This document shows, in pieces, positions 6,915-14,509 of a stretch of 17,228 nucleotides of DNA. Numbering within the stretch: the first letter of the stretch is position 1; each line of letters starts with the position of its first letter. Position numbers and translations under genes: made by a program. Under the pieces are notes generated by a model. It did no database searches. It was not told the DNA's origin and saw only the letters and a list, made by a program, of their open reading frames with translations. This DNA comes from an uncultured archaeon (GTDB lineage: Archaea > Iainarchaeota > Iainarchaeia > Iainarchaeales > 0-14-0-20-30-16), in assembly GCA_964565725.1 (NCBI GenBank), contig CAZMGA010000013.1, positions 1 through 17,228 of the forward strand, read 5' to 3'.

Positions 6915-8978
6915 ATGTGTGGAATTTTAGGGGCTTTTAATTATAATGAAACCAATTTTAAAAAAATGTTAATTAAACAAAAACATAGAGGCCCAAATAA
7001 TTCAAAATATATTAATTTTAATAATTTACTTTTAGGGCAAAATTTGTTGGCAATTGTTAATTATATAGAACAACCAATTGTCTATAAAAATTATGCTTTT
7101 GCAACAAATTGTGAAATTTATAATTGGAAAGAATTAAGTAAAAAGGAAAATATAATTGCAGAAAATGATTCTGAGTTTTTATTTAAATTTTTAATAAAAC
7201 ATAAATTAAATATAAAAAAAGCATTAAAAAAAATAAATGGAGATTATGCTTTTGCTTTTATAATTAAAGAAAACAATAGTTTTAAAGGATATTTGGCGCG
7301 AGATATTTTAGGAGTTAAACCTTTGTGGTATTATAATACAAAAAATAATTTTTTATTTGCTTCTGAAAGAAAAACATTACCTATAAATTTTAGAAAAAAT
7401 GCAATAGATTTAAATCCTAGAATTTTATTAGAAATAAATTTTAACAATTTAAAAACAAAAGAAATATATAGAGGTTTTTACAAATATAAACAGAAAAATA
7501 TAGAATATATTAATGCAAAAAATAAAACAGAAAAATTGTTGATTAACTCAATAAGATCTAGAATTGCAAATAAAAAAACAGCAATCTTATTAAGTGGGGG
7601 TGTAGATTCATCTTTAATTGCAAAAATTTCTGAAAAATATTTTGATCCTATTTTTTATAATATATCTATAAACAAAAATAATGAAGATTATATATACACT
7701 AAAAAATTAGAAACTGTTTTAAAAAATAAAATAAAATATATTCAAATAAATGAAAAAAAAATTATATCTGCAATACCCAAAATTATAAAAATTATAGAAA
7801 CATCAGATCCCGTTAAAGTTGCAATCGCCATGCCTATGTATTTTATAGCAAAACAAGCCAAAAAAGACAACATAAAGGTAGTTTTAATAGGCACTGGTGC
7901 AGATTCTTTATTTTGTGGTTTTTTTAGATTTTTTAAAGAATATAACCCTACAAAAGATACAATTTCAAAATTAAGAAAAATTTATGATACTGATTGTTAT
8001 AGAGATGATACTATATTTATGAATTTTGGAATAGAACCTAGATTTCCATATTTAGACAAAAATTTAATAAATTTTGTATTACAATATTCTGATAATTATA
8101 AAATAAAAGAAGATGTAAAAAAATATATTCTTAGAGATATTGCAAAAAAATACTTGCCAGAAGAAATTGCTTTTAGAAAGAAAAAGGCAATTCAATATGG
8201 ATCTGGTTTTGATAAAATATTATCCAAATATATAAAAGAAAAAAAAGAAAAAACTAGAGGACATTTATTAAGAAAAAATAAATCTGAAAATGAAAAATTA
8301 GGTTGTTTGTTTTCAGGAGGAAAAGATTCAGTTTTAGCATTACAAATTATGTTAAATTCAAACTATAAGGTTCCATGTTTAATCACATTAATATCTAAAA
8401 ATAAAGATTCATATATGTTTCATACACCAACTATAAATTTAGTGGATTTACAAGCAAAAGCATTAAATATAAACTTAATAAAACAAAACACATTGGGACA
8501 TAAAGAATTAGAAATTAAAGATTTAGAAAAAGCGTTAAAAAAAGCAAGGAAAAAATATAAAATTAATGGAATTATTACTGGCGCAATTTTTTCTACATAT
8601 CAAAGAGATAGAATTGAATTAATATGTGATAAATTAGGCTTAAAGGTTTTTTCGCCATTGTGGCACAAAGATCAATATTTAGAATTAACAGAAGTTTTGG
8701 CATTAGGAAATAAAGTAATAATAACAAAAATTGCGGGTTATGGATTAAACAAAAAATATTTAGGAAAAATAATTGATAAAGAGTTATTAGAAGAATTAAA
8801 AAATTTAAATAATAAAATTGGCTTTAATATAGCAGGCGAAGGGGGGGAATATGAAACTCTCGTAATAGATTCAAATATCTTTAAAAATAAATTAAATATT
8901 TTAAATACAGAAATTAAAGAAATTGATGAATATACTTTTGAATTAATAATAAATGATGCAAAATTAGAAATGAAGTGA
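6915..8978 (+). CDS. Fusion: class II glutamine amidotransferase + asparagine synthase-like PP-loop domain + C-terminal Dph6-like diphthine-ammonia ligase domain
   Basis: N-terminal MCGILGAF (N-terminal Cys nucleophile after Met removal), KHRGPNN, CEIYNW, NGDYAFAF; first PP-loop AILLSGGVDSS, then GTGADSLFCGF and GIEPRFPYLD. From about residue 461: KLGCLFSGGKDSVLALQIML, YMFHTPTINLVDLQAKALNI, ITGAIFSTYQRDRIELICDKLGLKVFSPLWHKDQ, GFNIAGEGGEYETLVID, which are hallmarks of Dph6/ATP_bind_4. Confidence 0.88.
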   Translation: MCGILGAFNYNETNFKKMLIKQKHRGPNNSKYINFNNLLLGQNLLAIVNYIEQPIVYKNYAFATNCEIYNWKELSKKENIIAENDSEFLFKFLIKHKLNIKKALKKINGDYAFAFIIKENNSFKGYLARDILGVKPLWYYNTKNNFLFASERKTLPINFRKNAIDLNPRILLEINFNNLKTKEIYRGFYKYKQKNIEYINAKNKTEKLLINSIRSRIANKKTAILLSGGVDSSLIAKISEKYFDPIFYNISINKNNEDYIYTKKLETVLKNKIKYIQINEKKIISAIPKIIKIIETSDPVKVAIAMPMYFIAKQAKKDNIKVVLIGTGADSLFCGFFRFFKEYNPTKDTISKLRKIYDTDCYRDDTIFMNFGIEPRFPYLDKNLINFVLQYSDNYKIKEDVKKYILRDIAKKYLPEEIAFRKKKAIQYGSGFDKILSKYIKEKKEKTRGHLLRKNKSENEKLGCLFSGGKDSVLALQIMLNSNYKVPCLITLISKNKDSYMFHTPTINLVDLQAKALNINLIKQNTLGHKELEIKDLEKALKKARKKYKINGIITGAIFSTYQRDRIELICDKLGLKVFSPLWHKDQYLELTEVLALGNKVIITKIAGYGLNKKYLGKIIDKELLEELKNLNNKIGFNIAGEGGEYETLVIDSNIFKNKLNILNTEIKEIDEYTFELIINDAKLEMK

Positions 8979-9544
8979 AAAATATGACGGAAAGTAAATT
9001 TTACAAGGAAATTTATTTACCTAGAGAAGATACCTTCTTAATGGAAAAAGCATTAAAAAAACAATTATTAAAAAATAAAAGTGTTTTGGAAATAGGTTGT
9101 GGTTCGGGATATTTAAGTATTTATTGTGCAAAACAAAATGCAATTATGACTTCAATAGATATAAATGAAAACGCAATTTATTATGCCAAAAAAAAAGCAG
9201 AAAAAAACAATGTAAAAATAAAATTTATTGAAAGTAATTTATTTGAAAATGTTAAAAATAAATATGATATTATTTTTTTTAATCCTCCTTATTTAATTTC
9301 TGACGAAATAAAAGAATTAGCATTAGATGGAGGAAAAGAAGGTAGAGAAATAATTGATAAATTTTTAGATTGTTTTTCAAATTATTTAAAAGAAAAGGGT
9401 TTTGCTCTATTATTACATACTAATTATAATAATTTAAACAAAACTGAAAAAAAGTTAAAAAAAATAAAATTTAAATATGAAATAATTGAAAAACAACATT
9501 TATTTTTTGAAGAATTATATATTTTAAAAATTTATAAAATTTAA
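8975..9544 (+). CDS. HemK/PrmC-like class I SAM-dependent methyltransferase (N5-glutamine methyltransferase-like)
   Basis: EIGCGSGYLSIYCAKQ (SAM-binding), SIDINENAIYYAKKKA, and the catalytic FFNPPYLI motif. The called start is GTG; ATG at 8984 is an alternative. Confidence 0.85.
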   Translation: MKNMTESKFYKEIYLPREDTFLMEKALKKQLLKNKSVLEIGCGSGYLSIYCAKQNAIMTSIDINENAIYYAKKKAEKNNVKIKFIESNLFENVKNKYDIIFFNPPYLISDEIKELALDGGKEGREIIDKFLDCFSNYLKEKGFALLLHTNYNNLNKTEKKLKKIKFKYEIIEKQHLFFEELYILKIYKI

Positions 9545-9879
9545 ATTCTTCTACTAAATGTTTTCATAGGCCTTCTACTTCTACCAGGAAATATACTCGG
9601 TTTGTTTTTACCCATACCAGGTAATGTAACTCTTTCAGTAGGTTTTCTAAATAATGGTTCTCTAGGTCTTTCTACAGCTCTAGGTCTAAATCTTCCAGCT
9701 TTAATTTCCCTTAAAACACCTCTTCTACCTTCTAAAACAAATTTATCTATAGGAAAGCCTCTAAAATAAGATCTTCTGGCAAATAAATGTCTAGCAATAG
9801 TTTCTGATTTTAACCCCATTCCTTTTGCAATTCTTGCACTTAAAATATCTGCAAAAAATTCATCAGTTATTGTAGACAT
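9541..9879 (-). CDS. Small basic, Arg-rich hypothetical protein; possibly the C-terminal half of a split zincin-like protein with the upstream ORF
   Basis: 112 aa with an Arg-rich C-terminus (GRFRPRAVERPREPLFRKP...PGRSRRPMKTFSRRI). GGTG-type SD in AAAGGTGGGATTATAATG; start codon overlaps the upstream stop by one base (TAATG). Confidence 0.55.
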   Translation of the reverse strand: MSTITDEFFADILSARIAKGMGLKSETIARHLFARRSYFRGFPIDKFVLEGRRGVLREIKAGRFRPRAVERPREPLFRKPTERVTLPGMGKNKPSIFPGRSRRPMKTFSRRI

Positions 9880-10259
9880 TATAATCCCACCTTTGCTCTA
9901 AATTCTTCTGCACTCTCTGGTAATATTACGTGGCTCATTTCATGCAATAAAGTCATAGCCCCTTCAGAAGTAATATTTCCATAACTATCAAATAAATGAT
10001 CATGAGGTATTCTAATAGCACTTTTTAAGGTACCAGAATCCATTTTTTTTATGTTTTCCCCGTAAGTAATATATCCATTACCTGCATTTAAATATAACCC
10101 CGGATAAATATTTATTGGAACAGTATTTAAATTATTTAAAATTCTAGCATAAATTATTTTTAATTCCCCATATTTTGTTTCGTTATACATATTTAATACA
10201 ACTTTTTTTGCGTGATTTAAAAATATAGCTAAATTTCTTTTTTCATTTTGAGTTAACAT
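9879..10259 (-). CDS. Hypothetical protein with HExxH (zincin-like) motif near its C-terminus
   Basis: GAMTLLHEMSHVILPESAEEFRAKVGL; 126 aa; no further family recognised. Confidence 0.55.
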   Translation of the reverse strand: MLTQNEKRNLAIFLNHAKKVVLNMYNETKYGELKIIYARILNNLNTVPINIYPGLYLNAGNGYITYGENIKKMDSGTLKSAIRIPHDHLFDSYGNITSEGAMTLLHEMSHVILPESAEEFRAKVGL

Positions 10260-10283
10260 AAAAATCTAATAAATAATTCCCTT

Positions 10284-10295
10284 TTTATATATATA
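10284..10295. promoter_or_regulatory. TATA-like tract in the 52-nt divergent gap between the HExxH gene and priL
   Basis: ctttttATATATATAgtttt, about 20-30 nt from both start codons (10259 minus, 10312 plus). Confidence 0.35.
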
Positions 10296-10311
10296 GTTTT
10301 CTATTATTTAT

Positions 10312-11289
10312 ATGAATTTAAATTTATTAATCCCGTTTAATCAAAAAAATATAGAATTTTTAAAAAAGAAAGAGATTAATTTAGAAAAACCTAATTTAGA
10401 GTTAACTACTTTAACAAGCAATATTTTACAAAAAATTTTTGAAAATAATTTTAATTTTCCAAATGTAGATGAAAAGTATTTAACAGAATACTATGCGTTT
10501 TATCCTATAGCAAGAATAATATTATCAAATGTAAATAAAGAAAAATTTTATAATGAATTTTCTGACTTTTATTTTAAAACTTTAAAAAAAGAATTGAAGG
10601 AACCAGACGACGCTTTAAAATTATTAAATATTAATTTTAAAAAAGAAAAAGATTATTATTTAATTAGCTTTGAATATTATTTAAGAGCTAAAACTTATTC
10701 AGAAAAAGATAAATTAGTAAATAAAAATTTAATGAATGGTTTTGTATTTTTAAATAAAGAACAAACAAATAATTTTGTAGCTAGATTTGTTGCAGCAAAA
10801 GTAATAGAAAATTTGCCTTTAAATGTAAATTTTTCAAAAGATATAAAAATTATAGCCAAAAACATAGAAAACAAATTTAAACCAAAAGTAAAATATGAAA
10901 ATTATAATTTAGGTACAATAAAAACTGAAAATTTTCCACCTTGTATGCAAAACATATTAAATAGAATTTTAAAACAAGAAAATCCAAGCCATATAGAAAG
11001 GTATTATTTAGCAACTTATTTATATAATATAAAAATGGATTTTGAAGAAATTTTAAATATTTTTAAAAATACAAAAGATTATAATGAAAAAATTGCAAGT
11101 TATCAATTAGAAAAATTAAAAAAATATTCTTGCCCTAATTGTGAAACTATTAAAACTGTGGGATTATGTTATAAAGAAGAATTTTGTGAAAAAATAAATC
11201 ATCCTGTAAAATATTATTTAAAAAAATCATTTATATCCAAAATGCAAAAAGATACAAATAACGAAAGGGATAATCAACAAATCCAATAA
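10312..11289 (+). CDS. priL: DNA primase large subunit (PriL), archaeal/eukaryotic type with Fe-S cluster cysteines
   Basis: FPPCMQNILNRIL...HIERYYLATYLYN...YNEKIASYQLEKLKKYSCPNCETIKTVGLCY...C; arrangement of conserved Cys residues typical of the PriL C-terminal [4Fe-4S] domain. Confidence 0.85.
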   Translation: MNLNLLIPFNQKNIEFLKKKEINLEKPNLELTTLTSNILQKIFENNFNFPNVDEKYLTEYYAFYPIARIILSNVNKEKFYNEFSDFYFKTLKKELKEPDDALKLLNINFKKEKDYYLISFEYYLRAKTYSEKDKLVNKNLMNGFVFLNKEQTNNFVARFVAAKVIENLPLNVNFSKDIKIIAKNIENKFKPKVKYENYNLGTIKTENFPPCMQNILNRILKQENPSHIERYYLATYLYNIKMDFEEILNIFKNTKDYNEKIASYQLEKLKKYSCPNCETIKTVGLCYKEEFCEKINHPVKYYLKKSFISKMQKDTNNERDNQQIQ

Positions 11290-11889
11290 ATAATTAAAAT
11301 AAGGGGTTATTAAATATAATAAGTAAATTACAACAATTAAAAATAAAATTATTATAATATATTTTAACCATTGCTTATAATTAATAATTTCTTTTAATAA
11401 ATTTTTTAATGTTTTAGATAAAGACTTTTCAAATATTACTTTAGGAATATTAAAAATGAAATACATTAAAAAAAACGAAACTATTACAACAATTAAATCA
11501 TTAACAAAAACATTTAAATCTAATAATGACATTAAACTATAAGGAATAATTCCAAAAAGCAAAAACAATATAAAATATTTAAAACCAAAATAATAAAGTT
11601 TTTTATTTGAATGTTTTAAATTATAAAATTTATTTAAAATATGAACAAAATAAACAAAACCAAAATAAATTAAAGGCAACATTAAAATAGTAATAATTGT
11701 TAAATTATACTCTGAATAATATAAATCTGTTTTTATTAACAATATTGAAATTAATTGAGAATAAATAAAATATACCAAATATAATAAAAAGTAATTAAAA
11801 AAAGCAAAAGAAAAATTATTTTTCAAAGCCTTATAAAAATCTTTCAAATAAAACATAAAAAAAGAAAGAAAGGAAGTGTTTAAATTCAT
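11227..11889 (-). CDS. Hypothetical multi-pass membrane protein
   Basis: 220 aa with several hydrophobic helices (YFLLYLVYFIYSQLISILLI, ILMLPLIYFGFVYFV, YIIIILFLIVVIYLLYLI). ATGA overlap with the TFB stop codon; 3' end overlaps priL by 63 bp. Confidence 0.7.
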   Translation of the reverse strand: MNLNTSFLSFFMFYLKDFYKALKNNFSFAFFNYFLLYLVYFIYSQLISILLIKTDLYYSEYNLTIITILMLPLIYFGFVYFVHILNKFYNLKHSNKKLYYFGFKYFILFLLFGIIPYSLMSLLDLNVFVNDLIVVIVSFFLMYFIFNIPKVIFEKSLSKTLKNLLKEIINYKQWLKYIIIILFLIVVIYLLYLITPYFNYLLDLLIIPFVICIFLHFGYK

Positions 11890-12803
11890 TCCTCTAAATC
11901 TTCTAATTGCAAATTTAATTTTTCTTTTAATTCTCTATATCTGTTTCTAATAGTAACTTCTGTTACTCCTGCAACATTTGCAACTTGTTTTTGAGTTCTT
12001 TTTTCATTTTTTAATAATGCGGCAATATATACCGCAGCGGCAGCAACTCCTGTTGGGCCTCTACCAGAAATTAACCCTTTATCAACAGCCTCATTTAATA
12101 TTTTTCTAGCTTCTTCTTGTACTTCGCCCGTTAAATTTAATTCAGAAGCAAATCTAGAAATATAATAAACTGGATTTGTTAAAGGCACATTCATATTTAA
12201 TTCTCTAACTAAATATCTATAATTTCTGCCTATATCTTTTTTTGTTAAACCTGAAGCTTCAGCCATTTCATTTAAAGTTCTAGGAATATTGGCATTTCTA
12301 CATACAGCATATAATACGGCTGCAACAACTGCTTCAATTAATCTTCCTCTAATTAATTCTTTTTCTACTGTTTTTCTATATAATACAGCAGCTTGTTCTA
12401 CTAAAGATTCGGGAATGTTTAAATATTGAGCCATTCTTCTTAATTCATTTAAAGCAATAGATAAATTTCTTTGTACAGAATTAGAAACTGCTGTTCTTTT
12501 ATGCCATCTAATTAATCTATACATTTGTTCCCTTGTTTCAGCACTTAACTTATTACCTCTAGCATCTCTTCCACCTCTTTCTATCATAGTGGAAACTCCT
12601 TTATTTAGCTTAGAATTTTGCATTGGGCCACCAGTTCTAGCTTTATCATTAAATTCATCAGAATCAAAAGTCCTCCATTCTTTGGACATATCAACTACAT
12701 CAGTTTCCATTACATAACCACAATTAGCACAAACCATTTCACCAGTTTCTCTATCTTTTATAAATTTTTTTTCACCACATTCTGGGCAAATATTTTCTAC
12801 CAT
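11886..12803 (-). CDS. tfb: Transcription initiation factor IIB (TFB)
   Basis: N-terminal zinc ribbon CPECGEKKFIKDRETGEMVCANCGYVM, B-linker EWRTFDSDEF, cyclin-like repeats (LPRTLNEMAEASGLTKKDIGRNYRYL; GPTGVAAAAVYIAALL...TQKQVANVAGVTEVTIRNRY). Confidence 0.97.
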   Translation of the reverse strand: MVENICPECGEKKFIKDRETGEMVCANCGYVMETDVVDMSKEWRTFDSDEFNDKARTGGPMQNSKLNKGVSTMIERGGRDARGNKLSAETREQMYRLIRWHKRTAVSNSVQRNLSIALNELRRMAQYLNIPESLVEQAAVLYRKTVEKELIRGRLIEAVVAAVLYAVCRNANIPRTLNEMAEASGLTKKDIGRNYRYLVRELNMNVPLTNPVYYISRFASELNLTGEVQEEARKILNEAVDKGLISGRGPTGVAAAAVYIAALLKNEKRTQKQVANVAGVTEVTIRNRYRELKEKLNLQLEDLEE

Positions 12804-12837
12804 TTTTATTCCCCCTAAAAAAATATCAAAAAAAGTA

Positions 12838-12850
12838 AGATATATAAATC
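12838..12850 (-). promoter_or_regulatory. Candidate BRE/TATA promoter for tfb
   Basis: The minus strand reads GAAAGATTTATATATC, centred about 40 nt upstream of the ATG, with an AGGGGGA SD-like stretch downstream near the start codon. Confidence 0.45.
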
Positions 12851-12909
12851 TTTCTTATAATTTCTGGTATTAAGATATATATATATGTTTCGGTTTTAAA
12901 TTTTAAAAA

Positions 12910-13257
12910 TTAAATGCCAAACCCAATCAAATAATGTAAAATATCTAAAAACAAGTGAATTATAATGCCTATTCCTATCCAACCTATTAATTTCAAATTT
13001 TTATTTTTAAATAACAAAAAAAGAGCTAAAAATATCCCTAAAATACAAAACCAAATACTATGTAAAGGATACATTCCAAAACTACAATTACTTCCTACAT
13101 TATTACAAGCAGATTCAAAAAAAGAAATTTTGCCAACTAGTCTCAAATAAATATGATCTAAATCAATTAAATTTGCAATTAATAATCCAAATAACATTTT
13201 ATTATTTTTGTAAAATTCAAAAATTATAAAAGGCAAAATATAATGTAATAAAAACAT
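12910..13257 (-). CDS. Small membrane protein, possibly DUF6122-like
   Basis: MFLLHYILPFIIFEFYKNNKMLFGLLIANLIDLDHIYLRL...PLHSIWF...LFLDILHYLIGFG; several TM segments with conserved-looking DLDH and HxxxDxxHY motifs. Confidence 0.55.
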   Translation of the reverse strand: MFLLHYILPFIIFEFYKNNKMLFGLLIANLIDLDHIYLRLVGKISFFESACNNVGSNCSFGMYPLHSIWFCILGIFLALFLLFKNKNLKLIGWIGIGIIIHLFLDILHYLIGFGI

Positions 13258-13331
13258 ATTAAAATAAAATAAGAACTAATTAAAAATTGTTGTTTAAAAA
13301 TTTAATTTAGATTTTAAAAATAAAAAAAGAA

Positions 13332-13347
13332 GAAGGAATTAACCTTC
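13332..13347 (-). terminator. Possible intrinsic-type terminator of the thioredoxin-fold gene
   Basis: Minus strand: GAAGG-TTAATT-CCTTC followed by TTCTTTTTTTATTTTT. Confidence 0.45.
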
Positions 13348-13355
13348 ATATTTGT

Positions 13356-14405
13356 TTAACAAACACCTTCAGAAGTTGTACCCGTATAACCAAATCCAGC
13401 AGTTGGTGTTTCAGTACTTAAACTTAAATTACAAACTTCTGGGGCTTCTTTAAAAGATGCACAAATTGTTTTTAAATACGCATCGGCACTTCTAGAAGAA
13501 TCCATTTCTACTCCATTAACTATTAAAGTAGGACTACCTTGAACCCCATATTTCAAATTCATTTCAGAATCTACATTAAATTGTGGGAAAGTACCATTTA
13601 ACCAAGTAGTTTCGTCTTTTAATAATTCGGTTATTTTATATTCTTTGTCTATTAAAGTTTTACAATCTTCTAATTTTACAACATCTACATTTGTATTAAC
13701 TATACATGAATTATTATCTCCATCTTTTAAGAAACATTCTAAATAGTTTATGAATTTGTTAGGTTCTTCTTTTTGAATACAATATTGAGTCAAGTTTTCA
13801 TAAACTTCTTTTTCACCATGCATAATATAATCTACAAATTTAATTTTAAAATCTACAGATGAACCTAAAGATTTTACTGCTTCTAAAATACCTTTTTCTG
13901 CTTGAGTACCAAAAGGACAATAACTCATTACAAATAATTCTACTTCTGGTTTATCAGTTTTTATTGGCTCTTGTGTTTTAATTTCTTCGTTTAAATTTGC
14001 ATTTTTTAATGCTTCAATTTGTTCTTTCAATGTTTTAATATCCATTACAGAAGTAATTAAATATTTTCCATCAATAGTCATAAAAGCGTTTCCAGTTTGA
14101 CCATTACTTTCTAAATCAAATTTATATAGATTTGATTCTTCAGAAATACCTAATACTGTTATTGCTTGCCCCATATCACTAAAAATAGTAGTTAATTCAT
14201 TACTAGCTTGTTTTTGAGAAATTTGGGTATTAAATAATCCAGTTCCAAAACCTATTGCAAATAAAATAGCAATAATTGATATTATTCCTAAAACAATAGT
14301 ACTAATCATCCAAGGGTTTTTCACCATACAACAAACTTTACTTTTTTTAATAGTTGCGTCTTGTGATTTTTGGTTTTCTTCTTTTTTAATTAATTTTTTT
14401 GCCAT
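13356..14405 (-). CDS. Membrane-anchored thioredoxin-fold (DsbA/glutaredoxin-like) protein
   Basis: Single N-terminal TM (WMISTIVLGIISIIAILFAIGFG), then VELFVMSYCPFGTQAEKGILEAVKSL and YGVQGSPTLIVNG (cis-Pro loop typical of the thioredoxin fold), with many Cys residues. GGTGGTG SD before the ATG. Confidence 0.75.
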   Translation of the reverse strand: MAKKLIKKEENQKSQDATIKKSKVCCMVKNPWMISTIVLGIISIIAILFAIGFGTGLFNTQISQKQASNELTTIFSDMGQAITVLGISEESNLYKFDLESNGQTGNAFMTIDGKYLITSVMDIKTLKEQIEALKNANLNEEIKTQEPIKTDKPEVELFVMSYCPFGTQAEKGILEAVKSLGSSVDFKIKFVDYIMHGEKEVYENLTQYCIQKEEPNKFINYLECFLKDGDNNSCIVNTNVDVVKLEDCKTLIDKEYKITELLKDETTWLNGTFPQFNVDSEMNLKYGVQGSPTLIVNGVEMDSSRSADAYLKTICASFKEAPEVCNLSLSTETPTAGFGYTGTTSEGVC

Positions 14406-14509
14406 TACACCACCTTAATAAAATATATATTATATATTACTTAATATTTTTAAAGCTTACTAAATAAAAAAATACACATTTTAAAAACACTTACACATAA
14501 ATAAATACT

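Noticed and set aside
12618-12818. 66-aa plus-strand ORF antisense to the TFB N-terminus
   Set aside because: Its His/Tyr/Phe-rich composition is the reverse complement of zinc-ribbon coding sequence; not a plausible gene.
12965-13150. 61-aa plus-strand ORF antisense to the small membrane protein
   Set aside because: Shadow ORF; the minus-strand membrane protein is better supported.
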